20,197 nucleotides of DNA, taken from Elusimicrobiota bacterium (GTDB taxonomy: Bacteria; Elusimicrobiota; UBA8919). Shown piece by piece: positions 8,277 through 16,367 of this stretch (position 1 is the stretch's first letter; each line of letters opens with the position of its first letter). The DNA is taken from positions 1-20,197 of the forward strand of contig JBDRIG010000030.1 of NCBI GenBank assembly GCA_043816185.1, written 5' to 3'. A program made the translations under genes and the position numbers. The notes under the pieces were generated by a model. The model was not told the DNA's origin and did not search any database. It saw nothing but the letters and a program-made list of their open reading frames with translations.

Positions 8277-9008
8277 TTACGTATTTTGTTTTGCGTGCAC
8301 CTCACGATTTTTCAGTAATTCTGGACGTTTTGATAATGTATTTTGACGAGCATTTTCTCCACGCCATTTTTCTATTTTTTTGTGATTGCCTGATAAAAGT
8401 ACTTCTGGAACTTTTAAGTTGCGAAAATTGTAAGGTCTTGTATAGACAGAACTTGCAAGACCGCCAATCCAGTGTGAATCATTTTTAATAGAGTCACTTT
8501 TTGCTACAACTTTCGGAAGTATGCGGACTACCGCATCAACGACCGCCATAGTCGGAATCTCGCCACCAGTCAAAACATAATCTCCGATGGAAATTTCCTC
8601 ATCAACAAATTTTAGAACTCTTTCATCAACTCCGCCGTAATGACCACAGACAAATATCAAGTGCTTATATTTTGAAAGTTCCTTTGCTTTTTTTTGATTA
8701 AAAACTTTTCCCTGTGGCGAAAGTAAAATAATTTTTTCATTTTTATTTTTCACTCGCCCGACGGTAGTCAAATAAATTTTACACCTTACGCTTTCTACCG
8801 CTTTAACAACTGGTGGCACCATCATAATCATTCCAGCGCCGCCACCATATGGTTTGTCGTCAACAATTTTGTGTTTACCCTCAGCAAAATCTCGTATATC
8901 TGTAATTTTTATTTTTACAATTTTTTTATCAACAGCTTTTTTTAGAATACTTTGAGAAAAAACAGAATCAAAGAGCGACGGAAAAAGCGTCAATATATCT
9001 ATTTGCAT
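8277..9008 (-). CDS. trmD: tRNA (guanine-N1)-methyltransferase TrmD
   Basis: ILTLFP, VDDKPYGGGAGM, LSPQG, CGHYGGVDER, SIGDYVLTGGE and VPEVLLSGNH motifs. Confidence 0.96.
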   Translation of the reverse strand: MQIDILTLFPSLFDSVFSQSILKKAVDKKIVKIKITDIRDFAEGKHKIVDDKPYGGGAGMIMMVPPVVKAVESVRCKIYLTTVGRVKNKNEKIILLSPQGKVFNQKKAKELSKYKHLIFVCGHYGGVDERVLKFVDEEISIGDYVLTGGEIPTMAVVDAVVRILPKVVAKSDSIKNDSHWIGGLASSVYTRPYNFRNLKVPEVLLSGNHKKIEKWRGENARQNTLSKRPELLKNREVHAKQNT

Positions 9009-9033
9009 TCGCTATATTCACCCTATTTATGAT

Positions 9034-9270
9034 CTATACTCGCTCTTCCATTTCTACCCTGTATTTTTTGCCGTTTTTTGTTGCACCTGCTGAAACTATC
9101 TGTCTTATTGCTTTTATAATTTTTCCATGCTTGCCGATGATTCTGCCCTTATCATCATCTGCAACTTTTATTTTTATAACATCTCCTATTTCCGATTCAT
9201 CTAACAGTATATCAACATTTTCTGGCTTATCAACGAGTGATTTTACAATATATTCAACAAATTTTCTCAT
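9034..9270 (-). CDS. khpA: KH-domain RNA-binding protein KhpA
   Basis: IVKSLVDKPE, D.GRIIGKHGKIIKAIR; located between rpsP and trmD. Confidence 0.9.
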   Translation of the reverse strand: MRKFVEYIVKSLVDKPENVDILLDESEIGDVIKIKVADDDKGRIIGKHGKIIKAIRQIVSAGATKNGKKYRVEMEERV

Positions 9271-9300
9271 TTTAAATCTCCTCCGTAAATCTATAAAAAA

Positions 9301-9552
9301 CTATTGTGGTGAATTAGTTTTGCCAAATTTTTCAATAATGCTTTTTACTGTATTAGAAACAATTGCACCTGTTTTTATCCAGTAGTTTATTCGTTCCATT
9401 TTTAGTAATACATTTTTTCTATCACGCGGACTATAATGCCCAAGTTCTTCTAATGGTTTACCGCACTTTCTTTTTTTTGAATCGATCGCTACCACACGAT
9501 AATCTGGACAAAGCGATTTCCCAAGTCTCCTTAGTTTAATTGTAACTGCCAT
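9301..9552 (-). CDS. rpsP: 30S ribosomal protein S16
   Basis: MAVTIKLRRLGK..P.YRVV..DS, E.LGHY.P, W...GA..S.TV; AAGGAGG RBS. Confidence 0.95.
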   Translation of the reverse strand: MAVTIKLRRLGKSLCPDYRVVAIDSKKRKCGKPLEELGHYSPRDRKNVLLKMERINYWIKTGAIVSNTVKSIIEKFGKTNSPQ

Positions 9553-9572
9553 TTTTTGACCTCCTTTATATC

Positions 9573-9666
9573 AGAGATTAAGAGAGATAAAAAGTAAGAG
9601 AGGTAAGAGGGTAAAAAATTTTTCTCTTGCCCATCGTTTTCTTGTCTCTCATTTCTTGTCTCTCAT
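9573..9666. repeat. Purine tract of 8-9-bp TAAGAG(A/G) units followed by a pyrimidine tract with a 14-bp tandem duplication
   Basis: TAAGAGAG / TAAAAAG / TAAGAGAGG / TAAGAGGG, then TTTCTTGTCTCTCA x2 (9638-9665). Confidence 0.6.
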
Positions 9667-9668
9667 CC

Positions 9669-10367
9669 CTATCCAACTAACATTTTTAATTTTTTTATAC
9701 TTTTTTCAATTCCAAGATTTGATCTAAAAACTGAATTGCCGGCGACAGCAATATCAGCACCTGCTTTTACCACATCCGCTATTGTATCAAAATTTATTCC
9801 GCCGTCAACACTTATTTTTATTTTCGTTATGTTTATCCGTTCAGAAGATTTCAAAGAATGTGTTGCAATATTTTTATTTTTTATCAATTTTTTCAATTCT
9901 GAAATTTTTTTTAGTGCCGATGGAATAAACTTCTGTCCACCGAAACCAGGAACAACACTCATTATAAGAATTAAATCCACTTCTTTAAGATATTTTGTCA
10001 GTAACGAAATGGGTGTTGCTGGATTAAGTGAAATACCAGCTTTAAGTTTCAGTGATTTTATTTTTTCAATCAATCTTGATGGATTTTTCACCGTCTCAAT
10101 GTGAAAGGTTATCCAATCACTTCCTGCTTTTGCAAACTGCTCAACATATTTTTCTGGTTCCGCTATCATCAAATGCGTATCTAAAATCATTTTCGTAGAT
10201 TTTCTTATCGATTCAACCACTACTGGACCAATAGTTATATTTGGAACGAAATGGCCGTCCATAACATCAATGTGCAAAATTTTTGCACATGCTTTTTCAC
10301 ATTTTTTTATGTCATCTGCCAAATTTGAAAAATCTGCGGACAAAATTGAAGGAGCAATTTCAATCAT
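9669..10367 (-). CDS. rpe: Ribulose-phosphate 3-epimerase
   Basis: IAPSILSADF, HIDVMDGHFVPNITIG, MSV.PGFGGQKF and VDGGIN motifs. Confidence 0.97.
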   Translation of the reverse strand: MIEIAPSILSADFSNLADDIKKCEKACAKILHIDVMDGHFVPNITIGPVVVESIRKSTKMILDTHLMIAEPEKYVEQFAKAGSDWITFHIETVKNPSRLIEKIKSLKLKAGISLNPATPISLLTKYLKEVDLILIMSVVPGFGGQKFIPSALKKISELKKLIKNKNIATHSLKSSERINITKIKISVDGGINFDTIADVVKAGADIAVAGNSVFRSNLGIEKSIKKLKMLVG

Positions 10368-10458
10368 TTTTTATTTACCTGCGAACACTCAAACGATAAT
10401 CGAATGTAGTCAAATTGTGATTATATTCGGCGTGATTATTCGGTGTTTTTATTTGAGC

Positions 10459-11172
10459 CTATTGCGTCCAGAATTCTATCGTTTCATCTTTATTAATTAT
10501 GGTATTGTTTTCTGGCATTTGTTTTGTGATAGTATTTTTAGCAACTACCAAATCCTCAACCTTATTTATATTGCTAATTTTTATATCATTTTGATTAGCC
10601 CAATTTTGAGCTTCAAATATATCTTTCCCCAAAAAATTAGGCATTATCAAGGTTCCCTCTGGTGGAAGACCTAACGAAACAACTATATTGACCAACCCGT
10701 CTTTCTGAATATGTGTTCGTGGGTTAGGATTTTGTGAAACTATATTTCCTTTTTCAATGACTGTTGAATATATCTCATCTTGTTCACCTAGATCTAGCCC
10801 ATTTTTTCTTAAAATAAGTTGAGCAGAACGAACAGTTTGATTTGTTAAGTCAGGAATATATATAACTTCACTTCCGACGGAAACCACAACATTTACAGAT
10901 TTACCTTCTTTAATTATACTTCCTTCAACAGGCGACTGCGAAATTATTAAACCACATGGTATCTCTACATTAAATTCTTCACCAGTTTTTTTAAGATACA
11001 AATTTATCGATGACAGTATATCTAACGAATCGGCAATATTTTTTCCTACAATGTTTGGTACAACTCTATCTTTTTTACTATGAATTAGCACATCAATTAA
11101 ATGATTTGTTCCAATAGCAAGAACAATTATTCCTATTAAAAACCACAGAATCCATGAAAAAAGTTTTCTCAT
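10459..11172 (-). CDS. Membrane-anchored PASTA-domain protein (3 PASTA repeats)
   Basis: N-terminal TM helix; repeats beginning VPNIVG, IPDLTN and MPNFLG, each with G.I..Q.P and V.VVVS.G-like motifs; typical neighbour of rpe. Confidence 0.88.
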   Translation of the reverse strand: MRKLFSWILWFLIGIIVLAIGTNHLIDVLIHSKKDRVVPNIVGKNIADSLDILSSINLYLKKTGEEFNVEIPCGLIISQSPVEGSIIKEGKSVNVVVSVGSEVIYIPDLTNQTVRSAQLILRKNGLDLGEQDEIYSTVIEKGNIVSQNPNPRTHIQKDGLVNIVVSLGLPPEGTLIMPNFLGKDIFEAQNWANQNDIKISNINKVEDLVVAKNTITKQMPENNTIINKDETIEFWTQ

Positions 11173-11267
11173 TATATTTTAACAACGATGAAAACAAAAT
11201 AACACACTGATTTATATTGATTTTCATCTGCGTTGTATCAGTTCTTTATTTGTCTAAATCGTCTTAC

Positions 11268-12161
11268 TTAATAAATAATTCGCGGACCTTCTGCTATTTT
11301 CTCAAGTCGTTTGATTCGCTCTTGTATCGGTGGATGTGTAGAAAACAATTTAACTATCGCACCATTTTTAAGCGGGTTCACTATAAATAAATGGGCTGTG
11401 AATGGCTCAACCCTGCCATGCGAAGCGGAACTTCTTTTTGTCTGAATAAATTTTCCTGAAGAATAATCTTCTAATTTTTTTAATGCGGATGCTAGAGATA
11501 ACGGCATTCCTGTCAATTTTGCCGCACCTTCATCTGCACCGTATTCGCGTGAACGAGAAATCGCAAGCTGGATAAAAAGTGCTGCTATTGGTGCAACTAT
11601 TGCTGTTACCAAAAGCCCAATACCACCACTTCTATTATTATTGTCATCACGAGAACCACCACCAAAAATCGCAGTAAATTGTACTATTCTCGCAATCATT
11701 GATATTGCACCTGCCATCGTCGCTGCCATTGTCGCAATTAAAATATCGCGGTGTGATATATGTGCAAGTTCGTGTGCCAATACTCCCTCAAGCTCATTTT
11801 CATTAAGAATGTCTAACACCCCTTTCGTTACGGCAATAGATGCATGTTGAGGATTTCTGCCAGTAGCAAATGCATTCGGCGTTTCCATCGGAAGAATATA
11901 AGCTTTCGGCATTGGGATATTCGCTTTTACGATGAGTCGTCTTATCACTCTATATATTTCAGGTGCGTCATTTTCGGAAATTGGTTTTGCCCTGTACATC
12001 GCAAGAACAATTTTATCTGAAAACCAATACATTACAAAATTCATAACTGCTGCAAACATAAACGCAGTAACCATTCCATGTTCACCACCGACGAAATGTC
12101 CGATTAAAAGAAAAAGTGCCATCATAGAAAGCAGCAGTAAAAATGTCTTTAATCCGTTCAT
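11268..12161 (-). CDS. htpX: Zinc metalloprotease HtpX (M48)
   Basis: PNAFATGRNP, GVLAHELAH, SRSREY.AD and FSTHPP motifs; start at ATG 12161 with GGAG upstream. Confidence 0.95.
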   Translation of the reverse strand: MNGLKTFLLLLSMMALFLLIGHFVGGEHGMVTAFMFAAVMNFVMYWFSDKIVLAMYRAKPISENDAPEIYRVIRRLIVKANIPMPKAYILPMETPNAFATGRNPQHASIAVTKGVLDILNENELEGVLAHELAHISHRDILIATMAATMAGAISMIARIVQFTAIFGGGSRDDNNNRSGGIGLLVTAIVAPIAALFIQLAISRSREYGADEGAAKLTGMPLSLASALKKLEDYSSGKFIQTKRSSASHGRVEPFTAHLFIVNPLKNGAIVKLFSTHPPIQERIKRLEKIAEGPRIIY

Positions 12162-12314
12162 ATGTATCATCTCCAATATGAGACAGTTGAGAATTTTTTC
12201 TCCGAATCAAATAGGTTTACAGCAGGCGAAAAAAGTTTTTTTAACAACAATTTTGGACAACCATTAAACAACCTTTTAGACAATAATTTAAGCAACTCTT
12301 CAGACAACTATCTC

Positions 12315-12342
12315 ATTATATCAAAATTATTTGGCTTGTCAA
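12315..12342 (-). promoter_or_regulatory. Consensus sigma70 promoter for htpX
   Basis: Minus strand TTGACA (12342-12337), 16 bp, TATAAT (12320-12315), with an extended TGn. Confidence 0.7.
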
Positions 12343-12359
12343 GTAACGGGTAAAAGTCC

Positions 12360-12388
12360 TTGACAAAATCGCCAAAAAATTGTAAAAT
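12360..12388 (+). promoter_or_regulatory. Divergent sigma70 promoter for the AmrB/A gene
   Basis: TTGACA (12360-12365), 17 bp, TAAAAT (12383-12388). Confidence 0.7.
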
Positions 12389-12445
12389 TCACACACTGGT
12401 ATGCACGCACACTGGTCGCGAGTCGAGTTTGCACGTGGAGTTTAT

Positions 12446-14095
12446 ATGAATAGGGTCTATATGAAATTTTTTAATTTAATTTTTTTGTTATTTTTCATTT
12501 TTCCAATAAGTAGTTGTACTACTGAGGACAAGAAAATAAGTAGTTGTGCTACGGAGGACAAGAGTATGAAAGATAAAAAGATAAACGATGAAAAATCCAC
12601 GCCTGGCGAAACTCGTGTTTCGGCAGTAGCGGGACAGTTTTATCCGTCAAGTAAAAACGATCTTTTAAAAATGATTGACGGATTTTTATTAAACACAAAA
12701 AAACAAAATTTTGGTGGTAAAATTATTGGTTTAATCTCACCACATGCTGGGTATGTTTTTTCAGGTCAAACCGCAGCACAGTCATATAAACAAATTGAAG
12801 GCGAAAAAATTGACACTGTAATTCTAATTGGATCTAGCCATAATTATCCAGTAAAAGATGCAGCGATATGGAACGGTGGCAATTTTTCAACTCCTCTTGG
12901 TGATGTCGCAATCGATGAAGAACTCACAAAAAAATTACTATGCGAGGGATCAAAAATTATTATTGCGAACAACATTGTTCATATTTCAGAGCACTCATTA
13001 GAAGTTCAAATTCCCTTCTTACAAAGAATTTTCCCCAAAGGAAATTTTAAAATTGTTGCAATCCTTATGAACGATAAAAATTCCTGCAAACAGGTTGCAG
13101 AAATAATAGCAAAAGTAATAAAAAGTTCAAACAAATCTATATTACTTGTCGCATCAACAGATATGGCTCACTATCCTGCAAAAAAAGATGCAGAAACAAT
13201 TGATAAAAGTATTCTTGACGCAATAGCAAAATTTAGTATCGACGATCTTTTAGAAACAAATGAAAAATGGCTATCAAAAGGTGTCCCCGAACTCTATTGC
13301 ACTTTATGCTCATTGCCATCAGTATTTACCGTTATGGAAGTATCAAAAATTTTGGGTGCAAATAAATCTGTTATATTAGATTATTCAAACTCAGCATCAA
13401 CCTCGTATGGCGACGTAAATAGAGTTGTTGGTTATGGAGCAGTTGTATTTGTTAAGACGGAAGTAAAAAATAAAGAAGAGAAAATAAAGAATGAAGAAAA
13501 AGAATTTTCGTTAACAGAAAAATCACAAAAAGAATTGCTAAAAATTGCTAGAAATTCTATTGAACAGTATTTATTGTCGAAAAAAATTCCGAAATTTACC
13601 GTAACAAACCCCGAGATATTAAATAACAGTGCGGTATTTGTTACACTTGTTCAGGCAAATTCTTCTGGAAAGAAAAATCATAGTTTGCGAGGATGCATAG
13701 GAACAACTGAGTCTAAGATGCCTTTGTATGAAACTGTTAGTCAGTTTGCAGTTGCTTCAGCAATTAATGATCGTAGATTTTCACCAGTTACAAAAGGTGA
13801 ATTAAAAAATATTGTGATAGAGATTTCTGTTTTATCGCCGCTAAAAAAAATCTCATCGGTAGATGAAATTATTGAAGGTAAGCACGGTGTTATTGTGAAG
13901 AAAGATTTTCATTCTGGGCTTTTTTTGCCTCAAGTTTGGGAGCATCCTGAGCTTTCAAAAAAAGAAGCGTTTCTATCGGAGTTGTGTTCGCAGAAAGCAG
14001 GGCTCGAATCTGACGCTTGGAAAAAAGGAAATGGAGTTGATATGTATATATTTACTGTTTTTGCATTTAAGGAAAACGACGGTATGAACAAATAA
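12446..14095 (+). CDS. amrB: AmmeMemoRadiSam system protein B/A fusion (MEMO1 + AMMECR1 domains) with a lipoprotein-like N-terminus
   Basis: MEMO motifs AVAGQFYP, PHAGY.FSG, EHSLEVQIPFLQ, STDMAHY and VVGY; AMMECR1 motifs FVTL..LRGCIG, D.RF, EISVLSP and FLPQV. GGAG RBS precedes ATG 12446. Confidence 0.9.
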   Translation: MNRVYMKFFNLIFLLFFIFPISSCTTEDKKISSCATEDKSMKDKKINDEKSTPGETRVSAVAGQFYPSSKNDLLKMIDGFLLNTKKQNFGGKIIGLISPHAGYVFSGQTAAQSYKQIEGEKIDTVILIGSSHNYPVKDAAIWNGGNFSTPLGDVAIDEELTKKLLCEGSKIIIANNIVHISEHSLEVQIPFLQRIFPKGNFKIVAILMNDKNSCKQVAEIIAKVIKSSNKSILLVASTDMAHYPAKKDAETIDKSILDAIAKFSIDDLLETNEKWLSKGVPELYCTLCSLPSVFTVMEVSKILGANKSVILDYSNSASTSYGDVNRVVGYGAVVFVKTEVKNKEEKIKNEEKEFSLTEKSQKELLKIARNSIEQYLLSKKIPKFTVTNPEILNNSAVFVTLVQANSSGKKNHSLRGCIGTTESKMPLYETVSQFAVASAINDRRFSPVTKGELKNIVIEISVLSPLKKISSVDEIIEGKHGVIVKKDFHSGLFLPQVWEHPELSKKEAFLSELCSQKAGLESDAWKKGNGVDMYIFTVFAFKENDGMNK

Positions 14096-14178
14096 AAGTC
14101 CTGATTCAAGCAAGATGTAAATCAGTTTAAATCAGTGTGTTATCAGCAGATTTGGTCGTATCAATGGAGGAATAATTA

Positions 14179-14340
14179 ATGAGCAGGAGAAAGCAAGAAA
14201 CAAGAAGGCATCAAATTAGACAGAGGTATTTGAGACGGCTTAAAAGAAAAAAGATTATAGCGAAAGCAGCAGCAGAGGTAAAACAAGTAAAACAAGTAAA
14301 ACAACCCGAAGTATTAGAAACAGTTCAACAGCCCACCTGA
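14179..14340 (+). CDS. Small basic Arg/Lys-rich protein (53 aa), not in the ORF track
   Basis: GGAGG (14166-14170) lies 8 nt before ATG 14179; MSRRKQETRRHQIRQRYLRRLKRKKIIAKAAAEVKQVKQVKQPEVLETVQQPT*. Confidence 0.65.
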   Translation: MSRRKQETRRHQIRQRYLRRLKRKKIIAKAAAEVKQVKQVKQPEVLETVQQPT

Positions 14341-16224
14341 TAAAAGCGTTTTTAGTTCTTCTTTTGTCAAATCAAGCACTGCTTGAAATAAAAAGTTTTT
14401 TGTAAGATTTGTGACGGTTAAATTTTTTGTCTCCATTGAACTTCTGACATCTTTTATCTCAAGTTTATCTGATATATCTGTTCTCTCATAATCAGATTGA
14501 TTGACAAAAATTAGAGGCATTATTCCAAAATTAACAAGATTTGATTTATGAATTCTTGCATATGATTTTGCAATAATTGCTTTTACGCCAAGATATCTTG
14601 GACACAATGCGGCATGTTCGCGAGAAGAACCTTGTCCATAATTTTCACCAGCAATAATAATACCCCCGTTTTTTTCTTTCACTCTTTTAACAAAATTTAA
14701 ATCAATTTTTGAGAAAACATATTCTGAAATTGCAGGTATGTTTGAGCGAAGAGGTAAGACTTTTGCACCTGCTGGAATTATATCATCAGTCGTGATGTTG
14801 TTTTTTAATTTAAGTAAAACCTCGCCTGTAATCATATTTTCTAATTTAGGAAATCTCTCGATTGGTTTTATGTTTTGACTTCTAAAAATTAATACATTTG
14901 AATTATTTTTTGAATTATTTTTCTGAGGAGCAGTTATCAAATCATTTGCTAAAATAATATTTTTTGGCATTTTTAGATTAGGTGCCAATCCAGAAGGATT
15001 AGTGATTTTTCCTGTCAAACTAGAAAAGGCCGCCACGATAGGTCCTGAAATATAAATTTCCGCATCGTCAGTTCCACTTCTTCCCTTAAAGTTTCTATTG
15101 AACGTTCTCAAGCTTACCCCTTTTGAATTTGGAGCACAACCCATTCCTATGCATGGTCCACAAGCGGGTTCAAGTATGCGTACACCACTCGAGATTAAAT
15201 CGAATAAATCACCTGACTTAATAAGATTCATTAGAACTTGTTTGGAGCCTGGTGAGATTATCGTCGGAACTTTTACTTTTTTGCCTTTTAATATTTTAGC
15301 AACAAGAAGCAAATCCATTAACGATGAGTTAGTGCAGGAGCCAATAATAATTTGGTCAAGTATAACATCTCCAATCTCAGAAACTTGTTTAACGTTATCT
15401 GGTGAATGCGGACAAGCAATTAAAGGAACTATTTTTGATAAATTTAATTCAATGGTTTCGTCGTATTCAGCATCTTCATCTGCAGAATACTTTTTCCAAC
15501 TACTTTCCCTTTTTTGCAATTTCAAAAATTCTTTTGTTTTTTCGTCCGACGGAAAAATGGAAGTTGTGAGTCCCAACTCCGCTCCCATATTGGTAATGGT
15601 TGCTCTATCGTAAACAGAAAGTGTTTTCACACCTTCACCCGTGTATTCAAAAATTTTTCCAACACCACCTTTAATTGTTAGTCGTCTTAAAAGTTCAAGT
15701 ATAACATCTTTTGCTGATACCAAACTGTTTAATTTTCCAGAAAGCTTTATATTTACAACCTTCGGCATCTTAAAATAAAATTTTCCAGTTGCGAGAGCAT
15801 AAGCTACATCTAATCCACCCACACCTATTGCGAGCATGCATATACTGCCAGACGTTGGTGTGTGTGAGTCAGAACCAACAAGTGTTTCGCCTGGAGTAGC
15901 AAATCTTTCCAGATGTACCTGATGACAAACGCCATTACCGTTGGGCGAAAAATAGAGTCCATATTTTTTGGCAATTGACTGTAAAAATTTGTGATCATCG
16001 GAATTTTCAAAACCAGCTTGTAGAGTATTGTGATCAACATATGAAACGGAAAGTTTTGTTTTTATTTTATCAACACCCATCGCTTCAAATTCAAGATATG
16101 CAACCGTACCTGTTGCATCTTGCGTAAGCGTTTGGTCAATTTTTATTCCGATTTTTTCACAAGGAACTTGATTGTTTTTTAATAGATGTTTTTCAATAAT
16201 TTTTTGAACGAGATTTTTTTTCAT
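14314..16224 (-). CDS. Aconitate hydratase (short, Aquifex/archaeal-like type)
   Basis: QDATGT, DHN, GSDSHT, IGSCTNSS, CGPCIGMG, RTFNRNF.GR, TTDDI and NYGQGSSREHAA motifs; start set to ATG 16224 (MKKNL). Confidence 0.9.
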   Translation of the reverse strand: MKKNLVQKIIEKHLLKNNQVPCEKIGIKIDQTLTQDATGTVAYLEFEAMGVDKIKTKLSVSYVDHNTLQAGFENSDDHKFLQSIAKKYGLYFSPNGNGVCHQVHLERFATPGETLVGSDSHTPTSGSICMLAIGVGGLDVAYALATGKFYFKMPKVVNIKLSGKLNSLVSAKDVILELLRRLTIKGGVGKIFEYTGEGVKTLSVYDRATITNMGAELGLTTSIFPSDEKTKEFLKLQKRESSWKKYSADEDAEYDETIELNLSKIVPLIACPHSPDNVKQVSEIGDVILDQIIIGSCTNSSLMDLLLVAKILKGKKVKVPTIISPGSKQVLMNLIKSGDLFDLISSGVRILEPACGPCIGMGCAPNSKGVSLRTFNRNFKGRSGTDDAEIYISGPIVAAFSSLTGKITNPSGLAPNLKMPKNIILANDLITAPQKNNSKNNSNVLIFRSQNIKPIERFPKLENMITGEVLLKLKNNITTDDIIPAGAKVLPLRSNIPAISEYVFSKIDLNFVKRVKEKNGGIIIAGENYGQGSSREHAALCPRYLGVKAIIAKSYARIHKSNLVNFGIMPLIFVNQSDYERTDISDKLEIKDVRSSMETKNLTVTNLTKNFLFQAVLDLTKEELKTLLSGGLLNCF

Positions 16225-16234
16225 AGATAGAAAA

Positions 16235-16262
16235 ATTATAATAAAAATTATCAGAAAGTCAA
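16235..16262 (-). promoter_or_regulatory. Putative aconitase promoter
   Basis: Minus strand TTGACT (16262-16257), 16 bp, TATAAT (16240-16235). Confidence 0.5.
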
Positions 16263-16300
16263 CAATAGTAATCACTATAAACTTTTTTCCCTCGATATTA

Positions 16301-16329
16301 TTGACATAAAAAGTTTTTTTATATATACT
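16301..16329 (+). promoter_or_regulatory. Sigma70 promoter for the nspC operon
   Basis: TTGACA (16301-16306), 17 bp, TATACT (16324-16329). Confidence 0.7.
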
Positions 16330-16367
16330 AATCGCGACAAAAAAATTAAATAAAATAGAAAAAAATT

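Noticed and set aside
8200..9313. 12-nt match TATTGTGGTGAA at 8200 and 9302
   Set aside because: Short, with no flanking similarity; compatible with chance.
12162..12353. 63-aa Asn-rich plus-strand ORF
   Set aside because: Product of the 12-bp repeats; overlaps the htpX promoter and leader in antisense.
16225..16275. Hydrophobic N-terminal extension on aconitase
   Set aside because: AT-rich promoter region; homologues of this type begin near MKKNL, so it is not a signal peptide.
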